DNA from: Sphingomonadaceae bacterium
Lineage (GTDB): Bacteria; Chloroflexota; UBA6077
Reading direction: 5' to 3'
Assembly (NCBI GenBank): GCA_050261575.1
Contig: JBLNDL010000011.1
Location: forward strand, 1,345-65,344
DNA: 64,000 nt
The notes under the pieces were generated by a model. The model searched no databases. It had not been told where the DNA came from and was given only the letters and a program-made list of their open reading frames with translations. Both the position numbers and the translations under genes were made by a program. The first letter of the stretch is position 1; each line of letters begins with the position of its first letter. This document shows positions 1 to 7,951 of the stretch, piece after piece.

Positions 1-592
1 CACCGAGAGGATAGACCTCCACCTGATCACCCGACTGGTGCGGGAGGGGTCCTCCGTGCTCGATCTGGGCTGCGGCGACGGCCAGTTGATGGAGCTGCTG
101 ATCCGCGAGAAGCGGGTCACCGCACGAGGGGTGGAGATCGCCGAGGAGGGGGTGTACCGCTGCATCTCTCGGGGGCTATCGGTGCACCACGGGGACCTGG
201 ACGAGGGGCTAGAAGACTACCCCGACGGTGCGTTCGACTACGTGATCCTCAGCCAGACCCTCCAAGCGGTGCACAAGCCGCGGCTCGTGCTGCAGGAGAT
301 GCTGAGGGTTGGCAAGCTGGGCATCGTCACCTTCCCCAACTTCGCCCACTGGCAGCCGCGCATCCAACTGGCGCTGGGCGGGCGGATGCCGAAGTCCGAG
401 GATCTGCCGTACGAGTGGTACAACACCCCCAACATCCACCTGACGACCATTCGCGACTTCTTGGGGCTCTGCCGATCCGAGGGGATCTCCGTGGTGCAGG
501 CGATCTACCTGTCCGGCAACCGCCGGGTCAGGCTGCTCCCCAACCTGCGGGCGAAAACGGCCATCTTCGTGCTGAAGAAGACGAGGACCTGA
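1..592 (+). CDS. metW: Methionine biosynthesis protein MetW (SAM-dependent methyltransferase-like), 5'-partial. The reading frame is open back to the window start.
   Basis: Translation IDLHLITRLVREGSSVLDLGCGDGQLMELL... matches the MetW N-terminus and Gly-rich SAM-binding motif. No stop codon upstream of nt 38 in frame. Confidence 0.75.
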   Translation, partial: TERIDLHLITRLVREGSSVLDLGCGDGQLMELLIREKRVTARGVEIAEEGVYRCISRGLSVHHGDLDEGLEDYPDGAFDYVILSQTLQAVHKPRLVLQEMLRVGKLGIVTFPNFAHWQPRIQLALGGRMPKSEDLPYEWYNTPNIHLTTIRDFLGLCRSEGISVVQAIYLSGNRRVRLLPNLRAKTAIFVLKKTRT

Positions 593-596
593 CCCC

Positions 597-1817
597 CTAC
601 CCTTTCCCCGCCGAGGGGAAAGGGCGACCGCCGTCCCCAAGGTACTTGCGCAGCCACGCGGGCAGTGTCGAGCGGATCTCTGCGACTCTCGCCAGCGTGG
701 CGGGATCGAGCGCAGGCTCAGGGTGAGTTGGCTGCAGGGATCGGGTCGCATCGTCCGGACGGCTCCAAGGGCAGGCGACCACGCAGAGGGCGCAATCGCT
801 CCCAACCTGCCTCCAGTAGTGGTAGCAGCGGCCTGCCGACAGCTTCCATCGCCTCACGCCTCGCACCACCAGCTTGTGCCCCTGGGGAATGGCTCCCGCC
901 GGGCAGGCCATAGCGCACAGCTTGCAGCCGCTGCAGAACTCCTGCACGCCCAGGTCCACCGGCTGGTCCAGCACCATGGGCAGATCGGTCGTGACCGTGG
1001 CGAGCCTGAAACTGCTGCCGAACTCTCGGGTGATCAGCACCCCGGAGCGACCCAACTCGCCCAGCCCGGCATCCACCGCCACCGGCACGGAAAGCAGTTG
1101 GTAGTCCCTCAGGTGATGGGCACGCGCCGAGTAGCCGAGGCCGCGGAGGTAGAGGGCCAGTTGCACCGCGACGAAGGCCGCCCTGGCGTAGGCAAGGCCG
1201 CTCTCCAGGATCACCGGGAAGCCCGGCGTGTGGCGGCGCAGCACTTCGTAGTCCATCGCCACCCCGAGGGAGATGGCGTAGGGGTGATCCAGATGGATCT
1301 CCTCGCCCCAGCGCTGGCCGTAGAAGGTGCGGCCCACGTGGGAGTAGACGAAGGCCGGGTTCAGCGGGCCGACGCCGACCAGGTCCGCCCCCAGGAAGCG
1401 GGCGAACGCCTTCACCTTGAGGGCAGCCTCCTCGGGATCCAGTCGCACCGGAGAGGCGGCGCGCCCAGTGTCCACCGTGCCTCCCCGGGCTTCGAAGCTA
1501 TGGTCGGGGCGGCCCACGACGAGGGTGGAGTGGAACAGGGCACCCATCAGCGGGGCATCTGCGGGTGCGGCGGTGCTGCCCAGGGGCGGCAGCGAACGGA
1601 GGAAGTCGTCGGCGGCCTGGAACTCCTCGTGGGTCGCGTAGTAGGCGGCATACCGCTCGGATCCGGGTTCCAGTTCCATCCGTGCGAAGAGGCAGTCGCG
1701 CTCGTCGAACCGCTCCATCGGCCCGACCACGTCGTCGAGGTAGGTGGGTCGCGCCACCCGTCGAGCCTCGAAGAGAGAGCGCCACTCCACAGTGTGTTCC
1801 AGTCCAACCTCGGCCAT
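597..1817 (-). CDS. Reductive dehalogenase / epoxyqueuosine reductase (QueG) superfamily corrinoid Fe-S protein, predicted cytoplasmic. No TAT signal and no RdhB anchor gene.
   Basis: C-terminal twin ferredoxin-type motifs (CSGCKLCAMACP and C..x..CALCVVACP). An RdhA-like ...KVKAFARFLGADLVGVGPLNPAFVYSH segment. N-terminus MAEVGLEH lacks an RRxF twin-arginine motif. Confidence 0.6.
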   Translation of the reverse strand: MAEVGLEHTVEWRSLFEARRVARPTYLDDVVGPMERFDERDCLFARMELEPGSERYAAYYATHEEFQAADDFLRSLPPLGSTAAPADAPLMGALFHSTLVVGRPDHSFEARGGTVDTGRAASPVRLDPEEAALKVKAFARFLGADLVGVGPLNPAFVYSHVGRTFYGQRWGEEIHLDHPYAISLGVAMDYEVLRRHTPGFPVILESGLAYARAAFVAVQLALYLRGLGYSARAHHLRDYQLLSVPVAVDAGLGELGRSGVLITREFGSSFRLATVTTDLPMVLDQPVDLGVQEFCSGCKLCAMACPAGAIPQGHKLVVRGVRRWKLSAGRCYHYWRQVGSDCALCVVACPWSRPDDATRSLQPTHPEPALDPATLARVAEIRSTLPAWLRKYLGDGGRPFPSAGKG

Positions 1818-1818
1818 T

Positions 1819-2298
1819 TCAGCTTGCCCGATCCAGGTCTACCATCCGCACACTCCCGACGTACGGCTTGGCCCGGTAGCAGGTGGCGTGCTGCAGCTTG
1901 GCGACGATGTCTGACATCCGCAGAGACGCCTCCACTATCCTGTCGGCGAGGGCCCTAATGTCCTCCGGAGTCCGCTCCCGATTGTTCAGCAGCTCGGCGC
2001 TGCTGATCACCACCGTCAGCGGCTGATTCAACTCGTGGGCAACCGCCGCGGCTAGATGGAGCACGGTCTCGTCCCGGGCAGCCTGCCGAATCTCCCGCTC
2101 GGTCCTCCAGAACAGGAAATGGATCGCACCAGCGACGGCGAGACCGATCGTCCAGACGGCCGCAACGAGCGCGGCCGTGAACCTGGAAGAAGAGAGGGTG
2201 GGATCGAGGTAGCTGCGGGACACCACGGCGAAGGTCAAGACCAGCAGAGCGGATACGATCAGCAGCCAGACAGCCGGAACAAACCGCACGGGACACAC
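1819..2298 (-). CDS. Membrane-anchored HisKA-only sensor kinase fragment. Phosphoacceptor H-box is present; no HATPase_c domain.
   Basis: Two N-terminal hydrophobic helices. HisKA segment VAHELNQPLTVVISSAELL. The ORF ends about 25 aa after HisKA and abuts the next gene with a 1-nt gap. Confidence 0.5.
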   Translation of the reverse strand: MCPVRFVPAVWLLIVSALLVLTFAVVSRSYLDPTLSSSRFTAALVAAVWTIGLAVAGAIHFLFWRTEREIRQAARDETVLHLAAAVAHELNQPLTVVISSAELLNNRERTPEDIRALADRIVEASLRMSDIVAKLQHATCYRAKPYVGSVRMVDLDRAS

Positions 2299-2450
2299 TC
2301 CCTCCGAATGCGGATCTCGACACCGTTGCGGCGAGGCCCGGCTGGACCCACAGCCGGATCCTCCACAGCCTCACGGACTCGAGCAGCTCGAGAGGTCGAA
2401 TCCACGTCGACGCGTCCCACGCGGAGCGGCTCCGGCTGGATTATATCATC

Positions 2451-3095
2451 CTACTCGATGACCCGCACCACGTCCTCGAGGGGCTTCCTCGGTCCTGGCT
2501 CAGGCGACTCGGCAGGGTACCCCACCGGCACCAGAGCGAAGAGCTCCACGTCGGCCGGCATCTCCAGCATCTGCTCGATCTCGCGCCGAGCCAGCATCGG
2601 CCCAGCCATCCAGCAGGCGCCCAGCCCCTGCTCGTGCAGCGCGAGCAGCAGGTAGCCCGTGGCCCCGGCGATGGTCTGGATCCTGGAACTGATCTCCTCG
2701 CGATTCCGGATCATCTCTCGCGCCTCGGGGTCGGTGTCGCCCCTTCGCCGCAGCACCTTGTCGGCCGCGCTCTGGTAGCCCCCCATCGCCACGGCGATGA
2801 CGGCGGGCGCCGACCGGAAGAAGGAGGCATTGGCCCTGTAGCGCTCGAAGGTCCTGCCGAACTCGGCCGCCTCGGGCCAGGAGGCCATCCGGTCCACCTT
2901 CGCCTGGACGGCGTCGGCCATCCGCTCGATCAGCTTGCGGTTCTTGACCACGAAGAACTTCCAGGGCTGGTAGTTTCCCCCGTTGGGGGCCCACGCTGCC
3001 AGGCTGATGGCCTCCAGGATCGACTCCGTGGGCACGTCCTTCGCCTGGTACTTTCGGATGGATCTCCTAGTCTTGATGGCTTCCCTCAACTCCAT
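2451..3095 (-). CDS. Nitroreductase family protein (NAD(P)H:flavin oxidoreductase-like).
   Basis: MELREAIKTRRSIRKY nitroreductase N-terminal signature. Start chosen at the internal ATG (3095) because the longer ORF would run through the tRNA-Trp gene. A GGAG-like RBS lies upstream. Confidence 0.75.
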   Translation of the reverse strand: MELREAIKTRRSIRKYQAKDVPTESILEAISLAAWAPNGGNYQPWKFFVVKNRKLIERMADAVQAKVDRMASWPEAAEFGRTFERYRANASFFRSAPAVIAVAMGGYQSAADKVLRRRGDTDPEAREMIRNREEISSRIQTIAGATGYLLLALHEQGLGACWMAGPMLARREIEQMLEMPADVELFALVPVGYPAESPEPGPRKPLEDVVRVIE

Positions 3096-3242
3096 GCAGA
3101 GCCCTCCCGTCGCATAGAACTCGTGACGGCGCTGACCCCAAGGCCCGCCAGCGGTATCGGGCAATGATAGCGCCGTTCCGCCATGCGGATCAACAATTGA
3201 CTGAGGGCGTGCCAGCCCGTATAATTTGACCAGAGTTGCCAT

Positions 3243-3319
3243 GCGGGAGTAACTCAGTCTGGTAGAGTGTCTGCCTTCCAAGCAGATCGTCGCGGGTTCG
3301 AGTCCCGTCTCCCGCTCCA
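3243..3319 (+). tRNA. trnW: tRNA-Trp (anticodon CCA), including the 3' CCA.
   Basis: Cloverleaf: acceptor GCGGGAG/CTCCCGC, D-arm CTCAGTCTGGTAGAG, anticodon stem CTGCC/GGCAG with loop TTCCAAG (anticodon CCA), T-arm GCGGG TTCGAGT CCCGT, then T-CCA. Confidence 0.85.
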
Positions 3320-3350
3320 GAGCCCGGATTCCTTAGCGAATTCGGGCTCG
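3320..3350 (+). terminator. Hairpin immediately 3' of tRNA-Trp.
   Basis: GAGCCCGGATTCC...GAATTCGGGCTC near-perfect inverted repeat. Confidence 0.4.
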
Positions 3351-3451
3351 CTGCTTGTCTGGTTTGCCTGCGTTATCACCTCTCCAGCCCATCCAGCTGC
3401 TACCCCCTGTGATCGTTCGAATAGGTCCGTGACAGTAGGGTATGGCCGCGC

Positions 3452-3610
3452 GACCTCGTCTCCCGTTACGACATGCTCACCCTCTCAGGCGATGGGAGAC
3501 GGTCTACAACACCATCAGGCCCCACCAGGCCCTCGGATACCTCACACCCAAGCGTTTCCTCGAACACCACTACCGGCAACACCCTAGAGAGGAGGAGGTG
3601 CCTCGGACGT
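3452..3610 (+). mobile_element. Remnant of a transposase C-terminus (IS3/IS481-type integrase-core tail). No intact ORF and no terminal repeats recognised.
   Basis: Frame translation ...AARPRLPLRHAHPLRRWETVYNTIRPHQALGYLTPKRFLEHHYRQHP* carries the YNxxRPHxALGYxTP motif typical of DDE transposase C-termini. In-frame stops lie immediately upstream. Confidence 0.5.
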
Positions 3611-3709
3611 AGCGAACGAGCGCACTTTGTTGCTTATCCTCTGCGCACCAATCTCCGGGAAGCGGTCTGTATTGAGAGGAAGCTCGCCGGTATTTGAGGT
3701 ACAGGACGT

Positions 3710-3840
3710 GTGCGCATAGTTCTGGTCGTGGAAGACGAGCCCGAGATACTCTCGGCGCTCCAGGCTGTCCTTCAGCACTTGGGCTACGAGGTTCTCGTGG
3801 CCACAAATGGCGAGGATGGGTTGAGAATGGCCCTGGACTC
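3710..3840 (+). pseudogene. Truncated response-regulator receiver (REC) domain fragment.
   Basis: MRIVLVVEDEPEILSALQAVLQHLGYEVLVATNGEDGLRMAL matches the first roughly 43 aa of a REC domain. After that no frame continues a REC fold. Confidence 0.45.
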
Positions 3841-4080
3841 GCCGTCGGCAGGGTCGCCAGCCGGTTGCCTCCGAGATCAAACTCGGTGTGTGGATCCACG
3901 AGAAGAACGAGTTCAGGGCCCGCATCTACGGCTCTCCAGCGTTCCCGACGTGTCGCCGGCCCACCCGCCTCGAGGAATCTCCAGTCTCACCTTGACATGT
4001 AGCGGGGCCATCTCCGTCGTGAGCCGGGAAAGCTGACAAGGCGCCCAGCACCAGATCTCAGTTGAGGGAGGAGCCCTTCT

Positions 4081-5172
4081 GTGAAGCTAGCCGTTCGCAC
4101 CAAGATGATCCTGGCGTTCCTTTCGGTACTCGTGTTGACTGGTATCACCGGGGCCGTCGGCATCTCCGGCATGGCCCAGATCACCGACCTGGACAAGAGC
4201 CTCTACGACAGTCAGTTGATGGGGCTGTACCACGTGGACAAAGCGATGTCCGACCTGTTGACCATCGGCCGCGACATCCGTCACGCCATCATATTCGTCG
4301 ACGAGAAGGACACCGTCGACTCGATGCTCAGGGAAATCGACGCGCTTACAGCCGAGACAGACGAGAACCTTCGCCAAATGGAGCCCCTGATGACCACCGC
4401 CGACGGCAGGTCGAAGCTGGCGACGATGAAGGAGAAGTGGGAAGCCTACAAGTCCGGGCTCAAGCCGATAGTTGAGAGGGTGAGGACGGGGGACAGCTTG
4501 GGAGCGGTGGCTCGCCTCAAGGACTTCAGCACTGCAGTCGACGAAGCCGTCGCGGCATTCGAGGTCATGCAGCAGCAAAAGCAGGACCGCGGCCGGCAGG
4601 CCATGGAGGAGAACATGGCTACCGCTGCGACGTTGCGGAACCTTCTGATCGGCGTGATCCTGGCGGCGCTGCTACTCGGCATGGGCGTCGCCTGGTTCCT
4701 GTCGCGAGCCATCTCCAACGGGGTTAGTGCGGTGGGACGCGCAGCCAAACAGATAGCCGACGCCGACCTGCCTCGGCTGGCCGAGACCAGCCAGGCGATA
4801 GCTTGGGGCGACCTCACCAAGGATCTCTCGATCACCTGTCGGCCTGTCGATGTGAAGTCCCGTGACGAGATCGGGGAGATGGCGAAGGCCTTCAACGACA
4901 TGGTCTCCCGCCTGGTAGAGACAGGGGAGGCCTTCGGGCAGATGACCTCAAACCTGCGCTCCACCGAGGAGATGAGCTCGCAGGTGGAGGAGATGGTAGC
5001 ACAGGCGCAGCACCTATCGGCCATGGCCGAGGAGCTCCAGGCAATCGTTGCTCAGTTCAAGACGAGCCAAGAAGACGGTGTCGTGCTGAAGAGGAGGCAG
5101 GACGACTGGGGAGGAGTCCGTGCGTCCGAGCGGAGCCAAGACCGGCCGAACCTGAGGCCGGTGACTGCGTAG
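4081..5172 (+). CDS. Methyl-accepting chemotaxis-like protein with a four-helix-bundle sensor, two TM helices, HAMP, and a collapsed signalling domain.
   Basis: TM1 (ILAFLSVLVLTGITG), periplasmic helical segment, TM2 (LLIGVILAALLLGMGVAWFL), HAMP (DEIGEMAKAFNDMVSRLVE). After HAMP only about 60 aa remain, resembling the last MCP-signal helix (SSQVEEMVAQAQHLSAMAEELQAIVAQFK). GTG start with GAGGGAGGAG RBS. Confidence 0.65.
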   Translation: MKLAVRTKMILAFLSVLVLTGITGAVGISGMAQITDLDKSLYDSQLMGLYHVDKAMSDLLTIGRDIRHAIIFVDEKDTVDSMLREIDALTAETDENLRQMEPLMTTADGRSKLATMKEKWEAYKSGLKPIVERVRTGDSLGAVARLKDFSTAVDEAVAAFEVMQQQKQDRGRQAMEENMATAATLRNLLIGVILAALLLGMGVAWFLSRAISNGVSAVGRAAKQIADADLPRLAETSQAIAWGDLTKDLSITCRPVDVKSRDEIGEMAKAFNDMVSRLVETGEAFGQMTSNLRSTEEMSSQVEEMVAQAQHLSAMAEELQAIVAQFKTSQEDGVVLKRRQDDWGGVRASERSQDRPNLRPVTA

Positions 5173-5177
5173 GCGCA

Positions 5178-5208
5178 TGCGGGCGGACCGTGACACGGTC
5201 CGCCCGTC
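5178..5208 (+). terminator. Hairpin after the MCP-like gene.
   Basis: GCGGGCGGACCGTG-ACA-CGGTCCGCCCG perfect GC-rich inverted repeat directly after the stop codon. Confidence 0.45.
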
Positions 5209-5587
5209 CTGATCTGTCGGCAAGGCCAGCTTTCCATGGAGGTTAGCCACGAACGCACACATGGACGACCTCCGCGCCGCCACCATCGCTGCGGCGCTGC
5301 AATGAACTGCACCGTCTGATTTCATGAGGGGAATAGCCAAGCCGGGCGGAAGACGAGGTCCTCGAGGAAGTGGCGCCCTCCGTGGCCAGAAGCTCCCGAT
5401 CGTCGCAGCGCGGCCACCTCGATTCCATCCGCCAGTTCGTGGCGCAAGGGAAGCCGGTCGGCATCGCCGAGCACTGCCGCGGCCGACCGCACAGGAAAGG
5501 ATCGGCTGTGCCAGCCGCGGCCTCTCGGTTGGCGACGGGGACCGTCCATCCGAATGCACCGCGCCCTCACGTAGAGGAGGCCGGAGG

Positions 5588-6568
5588 CTACGCCCCGACG
5601 CCGTAGATCGCGCCCATCCGCCGAGCGGTTTCGGCAACCTTGGCCCTTAGCGGTTCCGGCGCCAGCACCTCGACCTCCGCCCCCCACGAGAGTATCCAGG
5701 GCGTTATCTCCAGAGTCCCCGCCACCCTCACGCCGAATTCCACCCCGCCGTCGTCCAGCGGCCGGATCGTCTGGGACGGGTGCCACCGGCACTCCCCCAC
5801 CCTGGAGGCCACGACGGGACTGAAGCGCAGCCGCACCTCCACCTCCTCGTCCGCGACTATGCCCCAACTGGACTTCAGGTAGGCGTCGGCATCGAACTCC
5901 GCGGGGATCGAGTAGGGCTGCTCGGTCAGCTCGACCGCCCTGATCCGCTCCAGCTTGAAGGTCCTCACCGCGCCCACGTGGTGGCAGTAGGCGATGAGGT
6001 AGCAGGCGTGGCCGATGGGTGACGGCTCCAGGAAGTAGGGCTCCACCAGCCGCTCGTACACCTCGGTTGAACCACCTTTAGTCCACGGGTACCAGATCCT
6101 CACCCGCCTGCCTGTTGCCCAGGCCGTCGATAGGACGTCGAACACGCGCGCATGGTGGGGGTTATCCGGCCTGTCCATCATGGCGGCCACCGTGTGGGTC
6201 ACGTGGTGGCCCACCGGCTCGGGCATCACGGCGGCCAGCTTGCCGAAGGCCGACTGGATGTTCTCGTCCCGCTCGTCCGAGTAGCGCGACACCAGGCGCG
6301 CCGCCAGGAAGAGACTCATCGCCTCCAGGAAGGTGAGCTTGAGCGGCGGAAGGAAGACCCCTTTCTCCAGGCCGTACAGTCCGCCGTCCTCCCAGACTGG
6401 ATACCCCAGGGTCTCGTCCAGCGCACCCAGGTCCCTGTAAGTGGTCCGCACGCAGACCCCGCACAGCCTTGCGACCTCGCGAGCGCGGATACCGTGCGGG
6501 TGCTGATGAAGAATGTGAGCGACCTTCAGAAGCCTCGCAGTTCTGTCGCGCTTCGACCTAGACGGCAA
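5588..6568 (-). CDS. HTH-WYL-WCX transcriptional regulator (single-chain, DriD/BrxR/PafBC-like).
   Basis: N-terminal HTH (RLLKVAHILHQHPHGIRAREVARLCGVCVRTTYRDLGAL). Central WYL-type domain (RRVRIWYPWTKGGSTEVYERLVEPYFL...YLIAYCHHVGAVRTFKLERI). C-terminal WCX-like extension. TTG start at 6568 with strong RBS CGAGGAGGTG. Confidence 0.8.
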   Translation of the reverse strand: MPSRSKRDRTARLLKVAHILHQHPHGIRAREVARLCGVCVRTTYRDLGALDETLGYPVWEDGGLYGLEKGVFLPPLKLTFLEAMSLFLAARLVSRYSDERDENIQSAFGKLAAVMPEPVGHHVTHTVAAMMDRPDNPHHARVFDVLSTAWATGRRVRIWYPWTKGGSTEVYERLVEPYFLEPSPIGHACYLIAYCHHVGAVRTFKLERIRAVELTEQPYSIPAEFDADAYLKSSWGIVADEEVEVRLRFSPVVASRVGECRWHPSQTIRPLDDGGVEFGVRVAGTLEITPWILSWGAEVEVLAPEPLRAKVAETARRMGAIYGVGA

Positions 6569-6670
6569 GTCACACCTCCTCGATCGCTGAGAGTGTTTGT
6601 GCCGCCGGGGATGATGCTCGTTCGAGATGGTAGACCGAGAAGGTACGGCCGTCAATCGATCGCACGAGTC

Positions 6671-6689
6671 GTGACAGACATGGTGTCAC
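6671..6689. promoter_or_regulatory. Palindromic operator candidate GTGACA-N7-TGTCAC in the divergent WYL/6769 intergenic region.
   Basis: Perfect 6-bp inverted repeat with a 7-nt spacer at 6671-6689, followed by TAGCAT (TAnnnT-like -10). Confidence 0.35.
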
Positions 6690-6768
6690 AGTCCCCTCGT
6701 AGCATCCCCACAGGTAAGGCGGCAACCGTCGCGGACGACTCAACGAGGTTATGAGAAGGAGGCGAGTG

Positions 6769-7770
6769 ATGCAGGCGATAGTGGACGGCTACCTCTCGGG
6801 GCTCGAGATCGGAGACGGCGTGGGTTTCGAACGGATGGTCCTCTTTCCGGTCTACAGGCAAGCAGAGAGTCCACTTCGGTACCGCGTACTGGCGGAGGCA
6901 CTGGCCGACGGATCAGTGGAGGTGCGGGAGCAACCCTCGGCGACGATTCCGGAGCTGTGGCTGGTGAACCATTCGGACACGATGGTGCTCGTGCTGGACG
7001 GCGAGGAGGTGGTCGGAGGCAAGCAGAACCGGATAGTGAACGCGAGCTTCCTCGTGGACGCCAGAAGCGAGGTGGCCATCCCCGTGAGCTGCGTGGAGCA
7101 CGGGCGCTGGCACGACCTGGCGCCCCGCTTCAGCAGCGGCGAAACCACCTACTTCTCCCTGAGGAGGGCGAAGGAGCAGCAGGTTCACCACAACCTGAGG
7201 GCGACAGGGAGAGCGATGGCGGACCAGGTTGCGGTGTGGAATGCCATCGACGCCAAGCAGCGAGAGACGAGCACTCACTCCGCCACCGGGGCGATGCACG
7301 ACATCTATCGCAAGAGATCGAAGGACCTCTCCGACTACGAGTCGGCGTTCCCGAGGGTGGATGGAGCCGTGGGTATGGCGGTGGCTCTGGGCGGCCGGAT
7401 TGTCGGCGCCGACCTCTTCGACCAGCCAGACACTGCAGCCAGGCTGTGGCACAAGCTGGTGCGGAGCTACGCGATGGATGCGCTGGATGCGGAGATGTGC
7501 GCGCCCGTCGCCAGGGAGAGGGCCGAGCGGCTGCTGAAGCGGCTGACTGGCGCGCGGGTCGAGAGCTTCCCATCCATCGGACTGGGTCATGACCTCCGTC
7601 TCGAAGGCGATGGGGCGGTGGGCTCCGCCCTTGTGTTCGAGGGGATAGTGGTCCACCTCGGGATCTTCCGGACGCGCGGCTATCGCTCGACGTCGGGCTC
7701 GACCGAGGTGGCCAGAGCCTCGATCAGGCGGCGCGCGCATACCCGGCCGGATCCGCGCGCGGCCGAGTAG
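6769..7770 (+). CDS. Uncharacterised conserved protein (333 aa), divergent partner of the WYL regulator.
   Basis: ATG at 6769 preceded by AAGGAGG RBS. No recognisable catalytic or nucleotide-binding motif. Beta-rich N-terminal half (TMVLVLDGEEVVGGKQNRIVNASFLV...IPVSCVEHGRW), helical C-terminal half. Not low-complexity. Confidence 0.55.
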   Translation: MQAIVDGYLSGLEIGDGVGFERMVLFPVYRQAESPLRYRVLAEALADGSVEVREQPSATIPELWLVNHSDTMVLVLDGEEVVGGKQNRIVNASFLVDARSEVAIPVSCVEHGRWHDLAPRFSSGETTYFSLRRAKEQQVHHNLRATGRAMADQVAVWNAIDAKQRETSTHSATGAMHDIYRKRSKDLSDYESAFPRVDGAVGMAVALGGRIVGADLFDQPDTAARLWHKLVRSYAMDALDAEMCAPVARERAERLLKRLTGARVESFPSIGLGHDLRLEGDGAVGSALVFEGIVVHLGIFRTRGYRSTSGSTEVARASIRRRAHTRPDPRAAE

Positions 7771-7798
7771 CGGTGCCGGCGTGCAAAAGGGGGGAGAT

Positions 7799-7830
7799 GG
7801 GGCCGGGGGGGCCTCGGCCCCACCAGTCTT
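7799..7830 (+). terminator. Rho-independent-type terminator after the 6769-7770 gene.
   Basis: GGGGCCG...CGGCCCC stem followed by CTTTTG. Confidence 0.4.
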
Positions 7831-7951
7831 TTGCCTCCAGCTTGAAGATGCTAGCATTGGCCGAGCGTGACGTGACGATCCGCGACAGTTCCCCGCCCGA
7901 ATACCCTGCGACACGGATAGCCCATATCAGAAGCCGCGAGGGAGTTAAGCC

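Noticed and set aside
723-1958. 411-aa plus-strand ORF antisense to the RDH-like gene
   Set aside because: Arg/Gly/His-rich, no domain signature, and it fully overlaps a well-supported gene. Typical high-GC shadow ORF.
3096-3281. N-terminal extension of the nitroreductase ORF
   Set aside because: It would read through the tRNA-Trp gene. The internal ATG with RBS gives a normal-length nitroreductase.
5210-5587. Short overlapping ORFs (5324..5650, 5370..5606) between the MCP-like gene and the WYL gene
   Set aside because: Arg/Pro-rich, no RBS or domain. Probably non-coding spacer or the WYL 3' region.
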